Positions 50,185-63,635 of a stretch of DNA of 64,000 bases are shown here, piece after piece (the stretch's first letter is position 1; the number at the start of each line of letters is the position of its first letter). The notes below the pieces were generated by a model. The model had not been told where the DNA came from. It ran no database searches and saw only the letters and a program-made list of their open reading frames with translations. The translations under genes and the position numbers were made by a program. Source of the stretch: Octopus sinensis (Eukaryota); assembly GCF_006345805.1 (NCBI RefSeq), contig NW_021831992.1, positions 19,468 to 83,467 on the forward strand. The letters run 5' to 3'.

Positions 50185-51561
50185 CACACACACACACACA
50201 CACGCGTGCGCGCGCGCGCACACACACACATATGCAAACACATGCACACATTTGCAAACACACATTCACATGCAAACACAGATATTTAAACACACTCACA
50301 CACACACACATACATACACACACAGACATGAAAACGCAAACACACAAACATATACACATACAAATATACAACACAACCATGCAAACATACACATACATGC
50401 ATGCAAACAAACACATGTACACACACATGCATGCAAGCACACGCATGCACGCTAACAAAGACACATGTAAAACACACACACTGACACATGCATACACACA
50501 TACACACACACACAAATAGACGAAGAGCATACACATACGGGAAACTTAAGGTAGTAAAGAAAACAGATATTCTCACACATCCAGACATGCATACATCCAT
50601 TAATCCACAAATGCATATATATATATATACGTAAAGACGATCACACACACACACACCACACACACACACACGCGTGCGCGCGCGCGCACACACACACATA
50701 TGCAAACACATGCACACATTTGCAAACACAGATATTTAAACACACTCACACACACACACATACATACACACACAGACATGAAAACGCAAACACACAAACA
50801 TATACACATACAAATATACAACACAACCATGCAAACATACACATACATGCATGCAAACAAACACATGTACACACACATGCATGCAAGCACACGCATGCAC
50901 GCTAACAAAGACACATGTAAAACACACACACTGACACATGCATACACACATACACACACATACAAATAGACGAAGAGCATACACATACGGGAAACTTAAG
51001 GTAGTAAAGAAAACAGATATTCTCACACATCCAGACATGCATACATCCATTAATCCACAAATGCATATATATATATATACGTAAAGACGATCACACACAC
51101 ACACACCACACACACACACACGCGTGCGCGCGCGCGCACACACACACATATGCAAACACATGCACACATTTGCAAACACAGATATTTAAACACACTCACA
51201 CACACACACATACATACACACACAGACATGAAAACGCAAACACACAAACATATACACATACAAATATACAACACAACCATGCAAACATACACATACATAC
51301 ACACAGGCATACATACATACATGCAAACAAACACATGTACACACACATGCATGCAAGCACACGCATGCACGCTAACAAAGACACATGTAAAACACACACA
51401 CTGACACATGCATACACACATACACACACATACAAATAGACGAAGAGCATACACATACGGGAAACTTAAGGTAGTAAAGAAAACAGATATTCTCACACAT
51501 CCAGACATGCATACATCCATTAATCCACAAATGCATATATATATATATACGTAAAGACGAT

Positions 51562-51590
<29 letters not shown>
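50185..51590. repeat. Tandem triplication of a ~450-470-bp microsatellite-rich unit
   Basis: GTAAAGACGA at 50631, 51081 and 51551; GACGAAGAGC at ~50520, 50970 and 51440. Confidence 0.95.
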
Positions 51591-51592
<2 letters not shown>

Positions 51593-51749
51593 ATACAAAC
51601 AAAGAAACAAACATGCAGAAGAAACTCTTATATGAAAAACTTCAGAACAAAGAAAATTATATATATGTAACTCTGTGTGTGTGTGTGAGTGAGATTGTCT
51701 CCACGTAAGCAATGTGAACGCTATCTTACAGAATAATCTATATTATTCT

Positions 51750-52145
51750 TTTCTACTCTAGGCACAAGGCCCGAAATTTTGGGGGAGGGGACCATTCTAT
51801 TAGACCGTCCCCAGTGCATAACTGGTACTTAATTTATCGACCCCGAAAGGATGAAAGGCCAAGTCGACCTCAGCGGAATTTGAACTCAGAACGTAAAGAC
51901 AAATGAAATACCTATTTCTTTACTACCCACAAGGGGCTAAACATAGAGAAGGCAAACAAGGACAGACAAACAGATTAAGTCGATTATATCGATCCCAGTG
52001 CGTAACTGGTACTTAATTTATCGACCCCGAAAGAATGACAGAAAAAGTCGACCTCGGCGGAATTTGAACTCAGAATGTAAAGACAAACGAAATACGGCTA
52101 AGCATTTCGTTCGGCGTGCTAACGTTTCTGCCAGCTCGCCGCCTT
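51750..52145 (-). mobile_element. Dimeric SINE group B
   Basis: Two GTCGACCTC units, one head. Confidence 0.85.
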
Positions 52146-52351
52146 AGTACTCTAAATTATTATCAATACTTGGATATTCTCTCCTGATATTCTATCCAGC
52201 AAACAGTTTCGCCATATCATGTCTCTTCTGTTAAAGTAGGCTAAAGATTGCCATTCCATCTCCATATATTGGTTTTAAACACCCAGTTACAACTTTTCAC
52301 ATGTGCTTGTGTTAGATAGATAGATAGATAGATAGACAAATAGATAGAAAG

Positions 52352-52418
<67 letters not shown>

Positions 52419-52638
52419 CAGATATAGTTATATATATATATGCATGCACATATATGTGTGTGTTACTGCGTGCACACACACACACACATACGCACAAACA
52501 TGTATAATTTCATACGTATATACAAATACTTATGCATCCACCTATACAATTAAACACGGTGAAATTCAACTAGGGACCAAGTAAGACAACTTTGTAGATC
52601 TATTACACTCTAAGATATATGTCTCCTTTCATTTCCCT

Positions 52639-54050
52639 ACTTCATATGGCTAATAAATCCTGCTGGGGACCTACAAGACATTTCATACTGACCACAAGGC
52701 AGCCTTCCAAGCAAGAGCTTCACCACCTGGATGTTGGGACTTACAATGCTGAGTGAGTCAACTTCATATGGCTAATAAATCCTGCAGGGGACCTACAAGA
52801 CATTCCATACTGACCACCAATCAGCCTTCCAGCAAGAGCTTCACCACCTGGATGTCGGGACTTACAATGTTGAGTGAGTCAACTGGTAAATACACACACT
52901 CTATTACACAAGGTGCATGAGAGAACATGTTGGAGATCACAATGATGAACGTGAGTCCTTCCGTGACAGTGCTTGTGGCCGATTGGGTCAAACGCTGCGA
53001 ACCAGGCATGACCACACTGGGCACGAAAAGAGACTCTTCCTTCCCCTTCTTAGGGAAATGGTTCACATCGTCCTTATATTTATCAGCGCATTTCAACACA
53101 GCGTATGCAACACTGTTGTTCTCGAATTCTTTAGCACTAGCAAGAGTGGCTGTGCGGTAAGTAGCTTGTTTACCAACCACATGGTTCCGGGTTCAGTCCC
53201 ACTGCGTGTCACCTTGGACAAGTGTCTTCTACTATAGCCTCGGGTCGACCAAAGCCTTGTGAGTGGATTTTGTAGACGGAAACTGAAAGAAGCCCGTCGT
53301 ATATATGTATATATATATATATATGCGTGTGTGTGTTTGTGTGTCTGTGTTTGTTCCCCTAGCATTGCTTGACAACCGATGCTGGTGTGTTTATGGCCCC
53401 GTTACTTAGCGGTTCGGCAAAAGAGACCGACAGAATATGTACTGGGCTTACAAAGGAATAAGTCCCGGCGTCGAGTTGCTCGATTAAAGGCGGTGCTCCA
53501 GCATGACCGCAGTCAAATGACTGAAACAAGTAAAAGAGAAAGAAAGAGAAAGAGAGTACCAATCAGATTCCCTCACAGCTCCCTATCTGATTCCAGGACG
53601 ATATTGCTCTTTTACGTGTATGTTTAAGATTGTCTTTGAAAGTCTTGTGCGGCCCGCACTGGGAACGTCTTCCTTTCTCCAGCTTACCTGACCACACCTG
53701 CTTTGTCATACGGATATCTTATAAGCAGACAAGATGATCAAACCATTTAAATTGGCGTTTCATAATCATGGACTCAATACTCGTCATTTTTGCTAATTTC
53801 AGTTCTGTCGTATCAGGCAAAAGAGATCGTCACGAGCTCTTTGGGATATTACGCAAGCATCACTGGTAGAATCCCACGGGATGTTGGATAAGCCTGCAGT
53901 AACGTGTACAGCCTTCTCATCCATACAATAGTGCAGCAAAGACACATGCCTGACAAACTTCAATTCCGTCGCTGCTTTGATATCTGATTGCGACAAGAAC
54001 CTAGATTCAACATTCCAAACGCATCACACGGCTTAGAAAATCTATAACTG
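52639..54050 (-). pseudogene. 3' fragment of an RTE (BovB-like) LINE, interrupted by a group A SINE (53144-53551)
   Basis: Minus frames give ALLYG*E..TSIESMIMKRQFKWFDHLV..KQVWSGKLEKGRRSQCGPHKTFKDNLKH, then ASAKEFENNSVAYAVLK after the SINE; RTE ORF2 C-terminal pattern. Confidence 0.8.
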
Positions 54051-54174
54051 CCCTCCTTGTCGAGTGTATTGATTTTATATACATACATAAAAATTACGCG
54101 CATTTCAAATATTATTCATTCGAGATATCTGGATTAACATTTGCCCCAAATCACAAACGCATATAGAAGACATA

Positions 54175-54465
54175 CATCATCATCATCATCATCATTGTTT
54201 GACCGTGGTCGAGACAATGGAATTTACTATGTTACGCCAGACTTCACGGTCCATCATAGCATTAGGGAGGTCCTGTTGCTGGATGCCTGTATCCCTGGAG
54301 ATTACATCAGGGTAGGAGATTGTGCGCCCTCTGGTATCGCGAGCAGATGGCTTCCAGAGGAGAAGAATAGAAATTACCTCGTTTTCAGCTCTACAACAAT
54401 GTCCAGCAAACTGGACTCTTCTACCTTTCACAAGAGATGATACAGGTGGTAATTTCCCATATATT
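54175..54465 (-). pseudogene. 3' terminal fragment of a second RTE-type LINE with (TGA)n tail
   Basis: YGKLPPVSSLVKGRRVQFAGHCCRAENEVISILLLWKPS..RDTGIQQQDLPNAMMDREVWRNIV followed by TGATGATGA. Confidence 0.85.
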
Positions 54466-54798
54466 TGTACTTTTGGTTGTATACATACATATACACATGT
54501 ATATATATACAAACTGTAATGAGCTATACAAACTTGTGTTTTATCATGGCTCGTTCACCCACGAGGTATGTTTATCCACGCGCACACAGAAACTCAGAAC
54601 AAGTTCGTATATATGCATACATCAACCAGTTCAGTTAACCACAAGAACTGTCATGATATAAATTTTTAAAAAAAGCCTTGCAAATATTCTTCGTAATCGG
54701 CTTGAAGTCTGCAAAGGAAAAAACACTTCGAAATTAACATACACGCATACATACATACAAACATAGTTATGTACATACATATATAATTACATACAGGA

Positions 54799-54829
<31 letters not shown>

Positions 54830-54900
54830 CATACATACATACATACATACATGCATACATACATATATTCATACATACATAAATACATACATACATGCAT

Positions 54901-54935
<35 letters not shown>

Positions 54936-54979
54936 TACATACATACATACATACATACATACATACATACATACATACA

Positions 54980-55013
<34 letters not shown>

Positions 55014-55419
55014 CACACACAAACACATGGCGTTTTTGTAATTGGAGATTCTACACAAATTGTATTCAGAATAACGATTCAAAAGTTTATTATCGGAATG
55101 GTTGAATGATCGAATGAAGGAAAGAATGAATATTCGAATAAAAGATTGTCAGAATTGTAAATATATATGGTTTTATCAATAGATGTTTTATCCAGTTATT
55201 TACATTGCATTACATAAACGTTAGCGTCTCTCAATAGATGCTAATTGTTTCTTTAACCCTGCCTACAGAAAAATCAAGCAACAATAACAGTTACAACGTC
55301 ACCATTAGCCACGAGAAGTGTAAGTAGTCGCTCGATCATCTAGAAATAGCAGGCAAACTTTCCTTAAATATACTTTGAAAAGGGAGATGGATATATTCGA
55401 CAGCGGATTCTAACTAGTT

Positions 55420-55880
55420 GAAATCTCCAAGCGGTTTAAATGCACAAGTCTCAGATATCCAAGTGGCTTTAAGTGTGTCACGAAAGATCTAGCTGCAGTC
55501 CCAAACTTCTGTGTTCTTTTGCAGGGCTTAGAAAAACTGAAGGACCGCTGCAATAAGTGTGTGAATCTGAGAGGGGAAAATTTAATTCTTTATTGCCCAC
55601 AAGGGGCTAAACATAGAGGGGACAAACAAAAATAGACAAAGGGACTAAGTCAATTACATCGACCTCAGTGCGTAACTGGTACTTATTTAATCGACCCCGA
55701 AAGGATGAAAAGCAAAGTCGAGCACGTCGGAATTTGAACTCAGAACGTAACGGCAGACAAAATACGGATACACATTTCGCCCGGCGTGCTAACGTTTCTG
55801 CCAGCGCGCCGCCTTGTGAGAGGGGAATATATTACATAAAATCATATTTAACTGATCCTTCTGTATTTTCTCAGCCAAAG
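55420..55880 (+). mobile_element. Mariner-derived 3' fragment interrupted by a group B SINE (55579-55816, minus strand) with an 11-bp TSD; related copy at 56465-56700
   Basis: GLEKLKDRCNKCVNLRGEYI resembles a mariner C-terminus; TGAGAGGGGAA at 55568-55578 and 55817-55827. Confidence 0.75.
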
Positions 55881-56091
55881 CCAGGAACTTTTCACCTTTC
55901 CCACCAGTTGTAGCTGATGAAGCAAAATACCATTTCTTGGTTTAAGCCGCTTGTGAATCAGTTCCTTGTTTTCACACTGAATAATTGCACCCTTGATTAA
56001 TAACTACATTGAATGAGTCACTGTGATAGCGTTGATGCTTCAGCGCTACCATGATAACCAATGTTATTTCATCTTTGAACAGATGTTTTAA

Positions 56092-56425
56092 AAGGCGGCG
56101 AGCTGGCAGAATCGTTAGCACGCCGGGCGAAATGCTTATCGACATTTCGTCTGCCGCTACGTTCTAAATTCAAATTACGCCGAGGTCAACTTTGCCTTTC
56201 ATCCTTTCGGGGTCGATAAATTAAGTACCAGTTACGCACTGGGGTCGATATAATCGACTTAATCCGTTTGTCTGTCCTTGTTTGTCCTCTCTGTGTTTAG
56301 CCCTTTGTGGGTAGTAAAGAAATAGGTATTTCATCTGTTTTACGATCAAAGTTCAAATTCCGTCGAGGTCGACTTTACCTTCTTTCCCCAACATTTCAGA
56401 CGTTGTTCCTAGAGTAGAAAAGAGT
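56092..56425 (+). mobile_element. SINE group B, 1.5 units
   Basis: Consensus match. Confidence 0.88.
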
Positions 56426-56832
56426 ATAGGTTTGGAAGCTGAGTCAATGGAAAGGAGTCACAACTTGATGAAATTTCTGAACGGTTTAAATGCACAAGTC
56501 TCAGATACCAAAGTAGCATTAAGGGTATCGTGAAAGACCTGGTTGGGAGCCCAACCTTCTGAGTTATTTTACAGGGCTTAGAAAAATCGAAGGACCACTG
56601 CAATAAGTGTGTGAATTTTAAAAGGGAATATGTCTGAATAAAATTATAAATAACTGATCCTCCTGGATTTTCATTTATCCCCAAATGGCTGAAAAGAGCC
56701 AGCAGAATGTGACCCAAGAAAAAAGTGTAAAAAGTTCAGGGCCAAAACATTTGCATGAGGTGAGACTTCTTCTCTGAAGACACTCTGCTGTTTATTCGAA
56801 ATAAACATACAGTCGTACGAGTGGCTATGTGG

Positions 56833-57045
56833 AGGCGTAGGAGTGGCTGAGTGGTAAGTAGCTTACGACCCACATGGTTCCGGGTTCAGTCCCACTGCGT
56901 GGAACCTTGGGCAAGTGTCTTTTACTATAGCCTCGCACCGACCAAAGCATCGGTTGTCAAGCGATGTTGGGGATACAAACACAGACACACAAACATATAC
57001 ACACACATAAATACACACACACACATATATATACATATATATATA

Positions 57046-57094
<49 letters not shown>

Positions 57095-57335
57095 GTATGT
57101 ATTTATGTGTGTGTATATGTTTGTGTGTCTGTGTTTGTACCCCCAACATCGCTTGACAACCGATGCTGGTGTGGTTACATCCCCGTAACTTAGCGCTTCT
57201 GCAAAAAAGACCAATAGAATAAGTACTCGTCTTACAAAGAATAAGTCCTGGGGTCGATTTGCTCGACTAAAGGCGGTGCTCCAGCATGCCCACAGTCAAG
57301 TGACTGAAATAAGTAATAGAGTAAAGAGTAAGAGT
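56833..57335 (+). mobile_element. SINE group A with an internal inverted duplication (56946-57167)
   Basis: The normal CCTTGTGAGTGG..GAAGCCCGTCG segment is replaced by the reverse complement of the downstream body. Confidence 0.9.
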
Positions 57336-58287
57336 ATACACGCTTACATACATAGTTATATACATCGTACGTTTGAACATACATGCGAACACACACGGAC
57401 ACACGTACACCGACACGCGCGCATATACATACATACTCCCGAGAGTTTCTTAACATCATACTATTACAAAACATGCGATGACCGTGGTTTAGAAGTTTCG
57501 CCCTACCAGATTTCGTCGACTTTGATAAAGTTTGGTTATTGTTGGTGCAGGAGAGAATGGTCCCAAGAGCACGTATTTCTTGAGCAAGTTTCAAACTTTA
57601 CAGCATTGGCTGTGTCTGTGTAATCAAATGATTGCAATTACTGAAACACCAACATCTGTGGAGGCGCAATGGCCCAGTGGTTAGGGCAGCGAACTTGCGG
57701 TCGTAAGAACACAGTTTCGATTCCCAGACCGGGCATTGTGAGTGTTTATTGAGCAAAAACACCTAAGCCCCACGAAGCTCCGGCGGGAGGGGTGGCGAAC
57801 TCCGCTGTACTCTTTCACCACAACTTTCTCTCACTCTTTCTTCCTACTTCTGCCACAAAGCAGAGGAACCATGGTGTTACCCACTATGGTGTGGTAAACT
57901 TTCAGACCCTAGTCTAGATTGCGAATCCTCTGTACCGCAGGATGGTTCAGCTCTCCACCCGTTAAAAGCCACCGTTTACGGAATGAGGATAGCAACGTAG
58001 CTTTCGCGCCCGTGCAACCGCGAGTGTATTGCGTGTGGTGGGTGGATTTTCAAGTTGCCATATACATTCTTAGTAGCTTAGAGTAGGCTCGAATTAGAGA
58101 TTATTCTTGGTGGCTAATGGCGTGAGTCCTGATTGGAAGAAGAAGAAGAAGAAGAAGAAGAAGAAACAAAAAGATATACAGCGCTAACACAGTATTATCA
58201 ATATTCACCCAATCACCACCTTATCGATTTTCCCAATAACATAAAGACGTCGTCGTCGTCACCATCATCACCACCACCACCACAACC

Positions 58288-58378
<91 letters not shown>

Positions 58379-58865
58379 CCACCATCATCATCACCATCAC
58401 CATCATCATCAGCATCATCATCATCATCATCAAAAACACCACCATCATCATCATCATCATCATCATCTTCACCGACGATAACATTAACAACAAAGACAAG
58501 ATCAACGTCGGCATGGGCGTCAGTAATTATGTCTAATAACAGGTAGTGTTTAATCTTCAACATTAATAACATGAACGAGACATAGAGAGCGATGAGACGA
58601 TGGCGGGTTTTAATGACGAAAACTCTAGTGACAAGAGAAAAAAAGAGTCAAATATTCAAACGGAAAGAGTGCGTGCGCGCGCATAGAGAGAGAGTGGGAA
58701 GGGAGGCACATTATACACATACACAAACATCACACACATATACATAGACATACATGTACAGGATCTTTCAATTTATCTAATTATCTAATCATCTATCTAT
58801 ATATCTATCTATTTATCTCTCTCTTTCTCGCTATCTCTCTCTCTGTGTCTGTCTGTGTCTCTCTC

Positions 58866-58903
<38 letters not shown>

Positions 58904-59816
58904 CTCGTGTGTGTATGCACGTAGGTAGGTTGATATGTAGCGAGGTAGGCCTGTGTGAGTATATATACACACATATATATATATGTGTGGGTGGGTGTGC
59001 GCGCGTACGTGTGAGTGTATGTTATATGTATATATATATGTGTGTATGTGTGTGTATGTGTGTGGTGAAACAGAGATAGATACATAGATAGATTGAGAGA
59101 ATGAGAGAGAGAGAGAAAGAAACAGGCAGACACAAAGACAAGCAGACTGGAAAGCAGGTAGGGGCAGAGTGCCTATGGAAATTAATTACCGAATAAATTT
59201 CAGAATTCCCAAAAACTACATATCAAAACAATAGAATTTTTATATGATTGTATGCATTACAAAATAAAAATTAAAATCACAAGAACAAAAAAGGAAAAAA
59301 CGAATAATGAAAATTTTTACTAATTTCAGATATTCACAAGTAATCGATTTCTTTTTAGCCAAAGATTGGAGAAAAAAAGAAATAAAAATTCGTTTCCCAT
59401 AAAGGATTCATTATTTTAATGTTGAGTTGTAAAATATTTGTAAGTGGCAGTCATCTCATAGCTTAAAAGTTTGTTCGTTTTATCCCCAATGATGTTAGTT
59501 TGACAGGTGTGTACATATATATATATATAAGCATATATGAATGTTTCTAATTATATATTGATGTACATACCTTCATATATATAAGAATGTATGTATTTAT
59601 ACATACGTACACATGTATATATATATGTGTATATATATATACATACAAATACATATATATATATACAAATACATATATAAATGTATATAAATAAGGATAA
59701 GATCGTTATTTAAATATCGAACTTATCAAGTGGCCAGCATGGGAGTAAAAACCTTCAAAGGTAATAATCATTATATAATACCTATCTATCTATCTATATC
59801 TATCTATCTATACATA

Positions 59817-59873
<57 letters not shown>

Positions 59874-60179
59874 GTATATGCATGTATATATATATATGAA
59901 CGCGTAAACATATATTTATATACTTATAGGTACCTATATATATATATATGAAGGCGCATGTGCGCTGTGTATGTGTTGTGTGTGTGTGTGTGTGTGTGTG
60001 TGGTGCATGTGTACATGTGTATATGACTGCCTAAATAAGGAAAAACACACTCAAAGCATATAGTAAAGTTTAAATATGCAAGTATATGTTGTGTCTTCTT
60101 GACTCGTAATTTTAAGTTTTGCTTTATTGATTATTGAAATAATTATCGGCGCGAATATGTTCCAGAAACGTCCTCTCAT

Positions 60180-60194
60180 GGTAAAATAATAATA

Positions 60195-60238
<44 letters not shown>

Positions 60239-60254
60239 TAATAATAATGATGAA

Positions 60255-60286
<32 letters not shown>

Positions 60287-60340
60287 TAATAATAATAATA
60301 ACAATGAAAAGATAATAATAATAATAAATTATCATTATTA

Positions 60341-60378
<38 letters not shown>

Positions 60379-60446
60379 ACAATAATGATATAATAATAAT
60401 AATGAAAAAGGTGTGCTAACGATTCTACCAGCTCGCCGCCTTAAAA

Positions 60447-60486
<40 letters not shown>

Positions 60487-60515
60487 TAATAATAATAATA
60501 ATATAATGATAATAA

Positions 60516-60549
<34 letters not shown>

Positions 60550-60700
60550 GTGATAATAATAATAATAATAATAATAATATAATAATAATTAATACTAATA
60601 ATAATAATATAATAATAATCATAATAATAAAATAATAATAATGATGATGATGATGATGATGATATGATGATGATGATGAGGAGGAGGAGGAGGAGGAGGA
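60180..60700. repeat. Long (AAT)n/(ATT)n/(GAT)n/(GAG)n mosaic
   Basis: Direct inspection. Confidence 0.95.
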
Positions 60701-61286
60701 TAGCACGTGAAAACTGCTGAAAACTTGTCGGTACCTAAGGTTACCCGCTATAGTGGTAAGCTGCTATCCACATAATTCCTACCAAACCGGGCCTGAGACA
60801 AACTAAAATAATAATAATAATAATTATGCTGATGATGATGATCCTTATTTGCCACAAAGTCGAAGGACGAGAGGGACAATACAGAGACAGACATAAAGTG
60901 TGTGGGTTCGCATATAATAATAAAATGATGTAAAAATAAACTATACACTGTGATGATGATGATGATGATAATAATAATAGTAACAATGATATTAATAATA
61001 GTAGCATTTTGCAATGTAAAACAGCATAACTCATGCAACATGTACTATATTATACTAGGGACTAATAAAATAACACATCTCACATACAACAGAATGCACA
61101 GTAATATAACAAGACCCGAGAATTCAAACACTACAACAAAACAAACTGGATCACTACGCCAGCATGAGGCGCTTTCCCTCCACCAACCTCAATATGTCCA
61201 TAATATCGGACATACTTCAGAGACATGGAGATGCAAAAATTGGTGCTTCAGATTCTCGCATGAATTGATCAAAGAAAAAAAGTTTC

Positions 61287-61320
<34 letters not shown>

Positions 61321-61334
61321 TAATAATAATGGTT

Positions 61335-62480
61335 TCAAACTTTGCTCAAGGCCAACAATTTCGGGGGAAGGGGAAAAGTCGATTACAGCGGCACCAGTGT
61401 TCAACTGGTTCTTATTTTGTCGATCCTGAAAGGATGAAAGGCAAAGTCGACCTCGGTGGCATTTGAACCAGAACGTAAGGATGGATGAAATGCCAATTTC
61501 TTTACTAACCACAAGGGGCTAAACACAGAGAGGACGAACAAGGACAGACAAACGGATTAAGTCGATTATATCGACCCCAGTGCGTAACTGGTACTTATTT
61601 AATCGAACCCGAAAGGATGAAAGGCAAAGTCGACCTTGGTGGAATTTGAACTCAGAACGTAGCGGCAGACGAAATACCTATTTCCTTACTACCCATAAGG
61701 AGCTAAGCACAGAGGGGACAAACAAGGCAGACAAACAGATTAAGTCGATTATATCGATCCCAGTGCGTAAATGGTAATTATTTAATCGATCCCGAAAGGA
61801 TGAAAGGCAAAGTCGACCTCGGCGGAATTAGAACTCAGAACTTAGCGGGAGACGAAATACCTATTTCTTTACTACCTACAAGAGGCTAAACACAGTGAGG
61901 ACAAACAAGGACAGACAAACAGATTAAGTCGATTATGTCGACCTCAGTGTGTAACTGGTACTTATTTAATCGACCCCGAAAGGATGAAAGGCAAAGTCGA
62001 CCTCGTCGGAATTTGAGCTCAGAACATAGCGGCAGACGAAATACTGCTAAGCATTTCGCCCGGCGTGTTAACGATTCTGCCAGTTCAACGCTTCAATAAC
62101 AATAATCATAATAATCTTTTCTACTAGAGGCACAAAGCCTTGAAATTTTGCGGGAGGGGACTAATCGATTACATTCACACAAGCGTTTCCCTGGTCTTTA
62201 ATTTATCAACACCGAAAGACCTTCGCAGAATTTGAGCTCAGAACACAAAGACAGACAAACTGTCTCTAAGCATTTTGCCCGACTCGTTAGCTCATGACAT
62301 TCACTTCATTTAGCAATAATCCTTTCTTCTAAAAGCACAAGGTCTGAAATTTGCAGGGAACAAACTAGTCGATTACGTGTTTCTTTCACTGGTACTTAAT
62401 TTATCGCCCCCGAAAGAATGAAAGAGAAAATCAACCTCGGCGGAATTTGAACTCAGATCGTAGCGACGGGCGGAATAGCG
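61335..62480 (-). mobile_element. Array of SINE group B units (~184-bp period) plus diverged copies
   Basis: Unit starts at ~61501, 61685 and 61869; AAAGTCGACC at ~61444, 61626, 61809 and 61994; single head at ~62050-62095. Confidence 0.9.
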
Positions 62481-63126
62481 CAAAGCAGTATTTCACTTAT
62501 TATTTACTTCAAGAGAAAAGGAATTTAAAATATTCAAAGTCGACCTCGGCAGGTTTTAAACAACACAAAACGAAAAGAGGGTCATAACTAAATATAGCAA
62601 ACGGCGGTGCCCCAGCATGGCTGCAGCTTTGAGCTGAAACTGATAAAATAACAATCATTTTGTCTGACACACTCTATAATTCAACACATTTGCCAGTCAT
62701 TGAGCGCAGATTAAATGCTTTTATTTTACACTATTTTCTTTTCTTTAAGATATTTTATTTCCTGTATAATTCACGCATTTGAATATGTTATCTATCTTAA
62801 AATTCCACTCATGTTCATTTCCTAAATATGCACACCACCATCTTCTTTCGTTAAATCGAATATCATTCTTATTGTTTTTATAATTATCATTATTACTATT
62901 GATGCTTTCGTAGACGCTCAAATTTCATTTTATATTTGAACAATCTATTTATTCTACTGTATGTTGTTCTTTTGTATTCTATTTTATTTTTCGAAACCCG
63001 AATTTTGTTCTTCATTTATTTTTGTTGTTCATCTTTCGTAATCATAACTTCGCTCTTTTTAGTTATTCTTTGTACTCACTTTTCTCTTTCGACACACGAG
63101 TATAATATATGTATATACATACTACA

Positions 63127-63231
<105 letters not shown>

Positions 63232-63599
63232 GTATATATAATTTGTTTAATTACATTTGACAAGTTTTGTGACAAGTCGGTGTTTACTGAAGAAGCGTAT
63301 GATTAATGGTGAGTAGTTGTGTGAAATCAATACAATAATCACTAGAGGAACCTGAAGATAATGAATTCTGGACAGTTTTTTTAAAGTATTAATTACATGT
63401 AGTAAACACTGACACGCCGACAAACAAACAAGCAATTTGGACAACGTTCCAGGTGATCGAATATTTAAATGTCAAAGGTAACGTAAAGAAGGAAAGAAAA
63501 ATATCGAAAACAGGAAACACTCGAAAAACAACAGCCTGAATGTATAAACATATATGTATGCGTCTGTATGCATATATGTGAGTGTGTATGTGTTTGTGT

Positions 63600-63635
<36 letters not shown>

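Noticed and set aside
61500-62050. Regularly spaced repeats suggestive of a CRISPR array
   Set aside because: The whole ~184-bp unit repeats with no unique spacers, it is part of a tRNA-headed SINE, the context is eukaryotic and there are no cas genes
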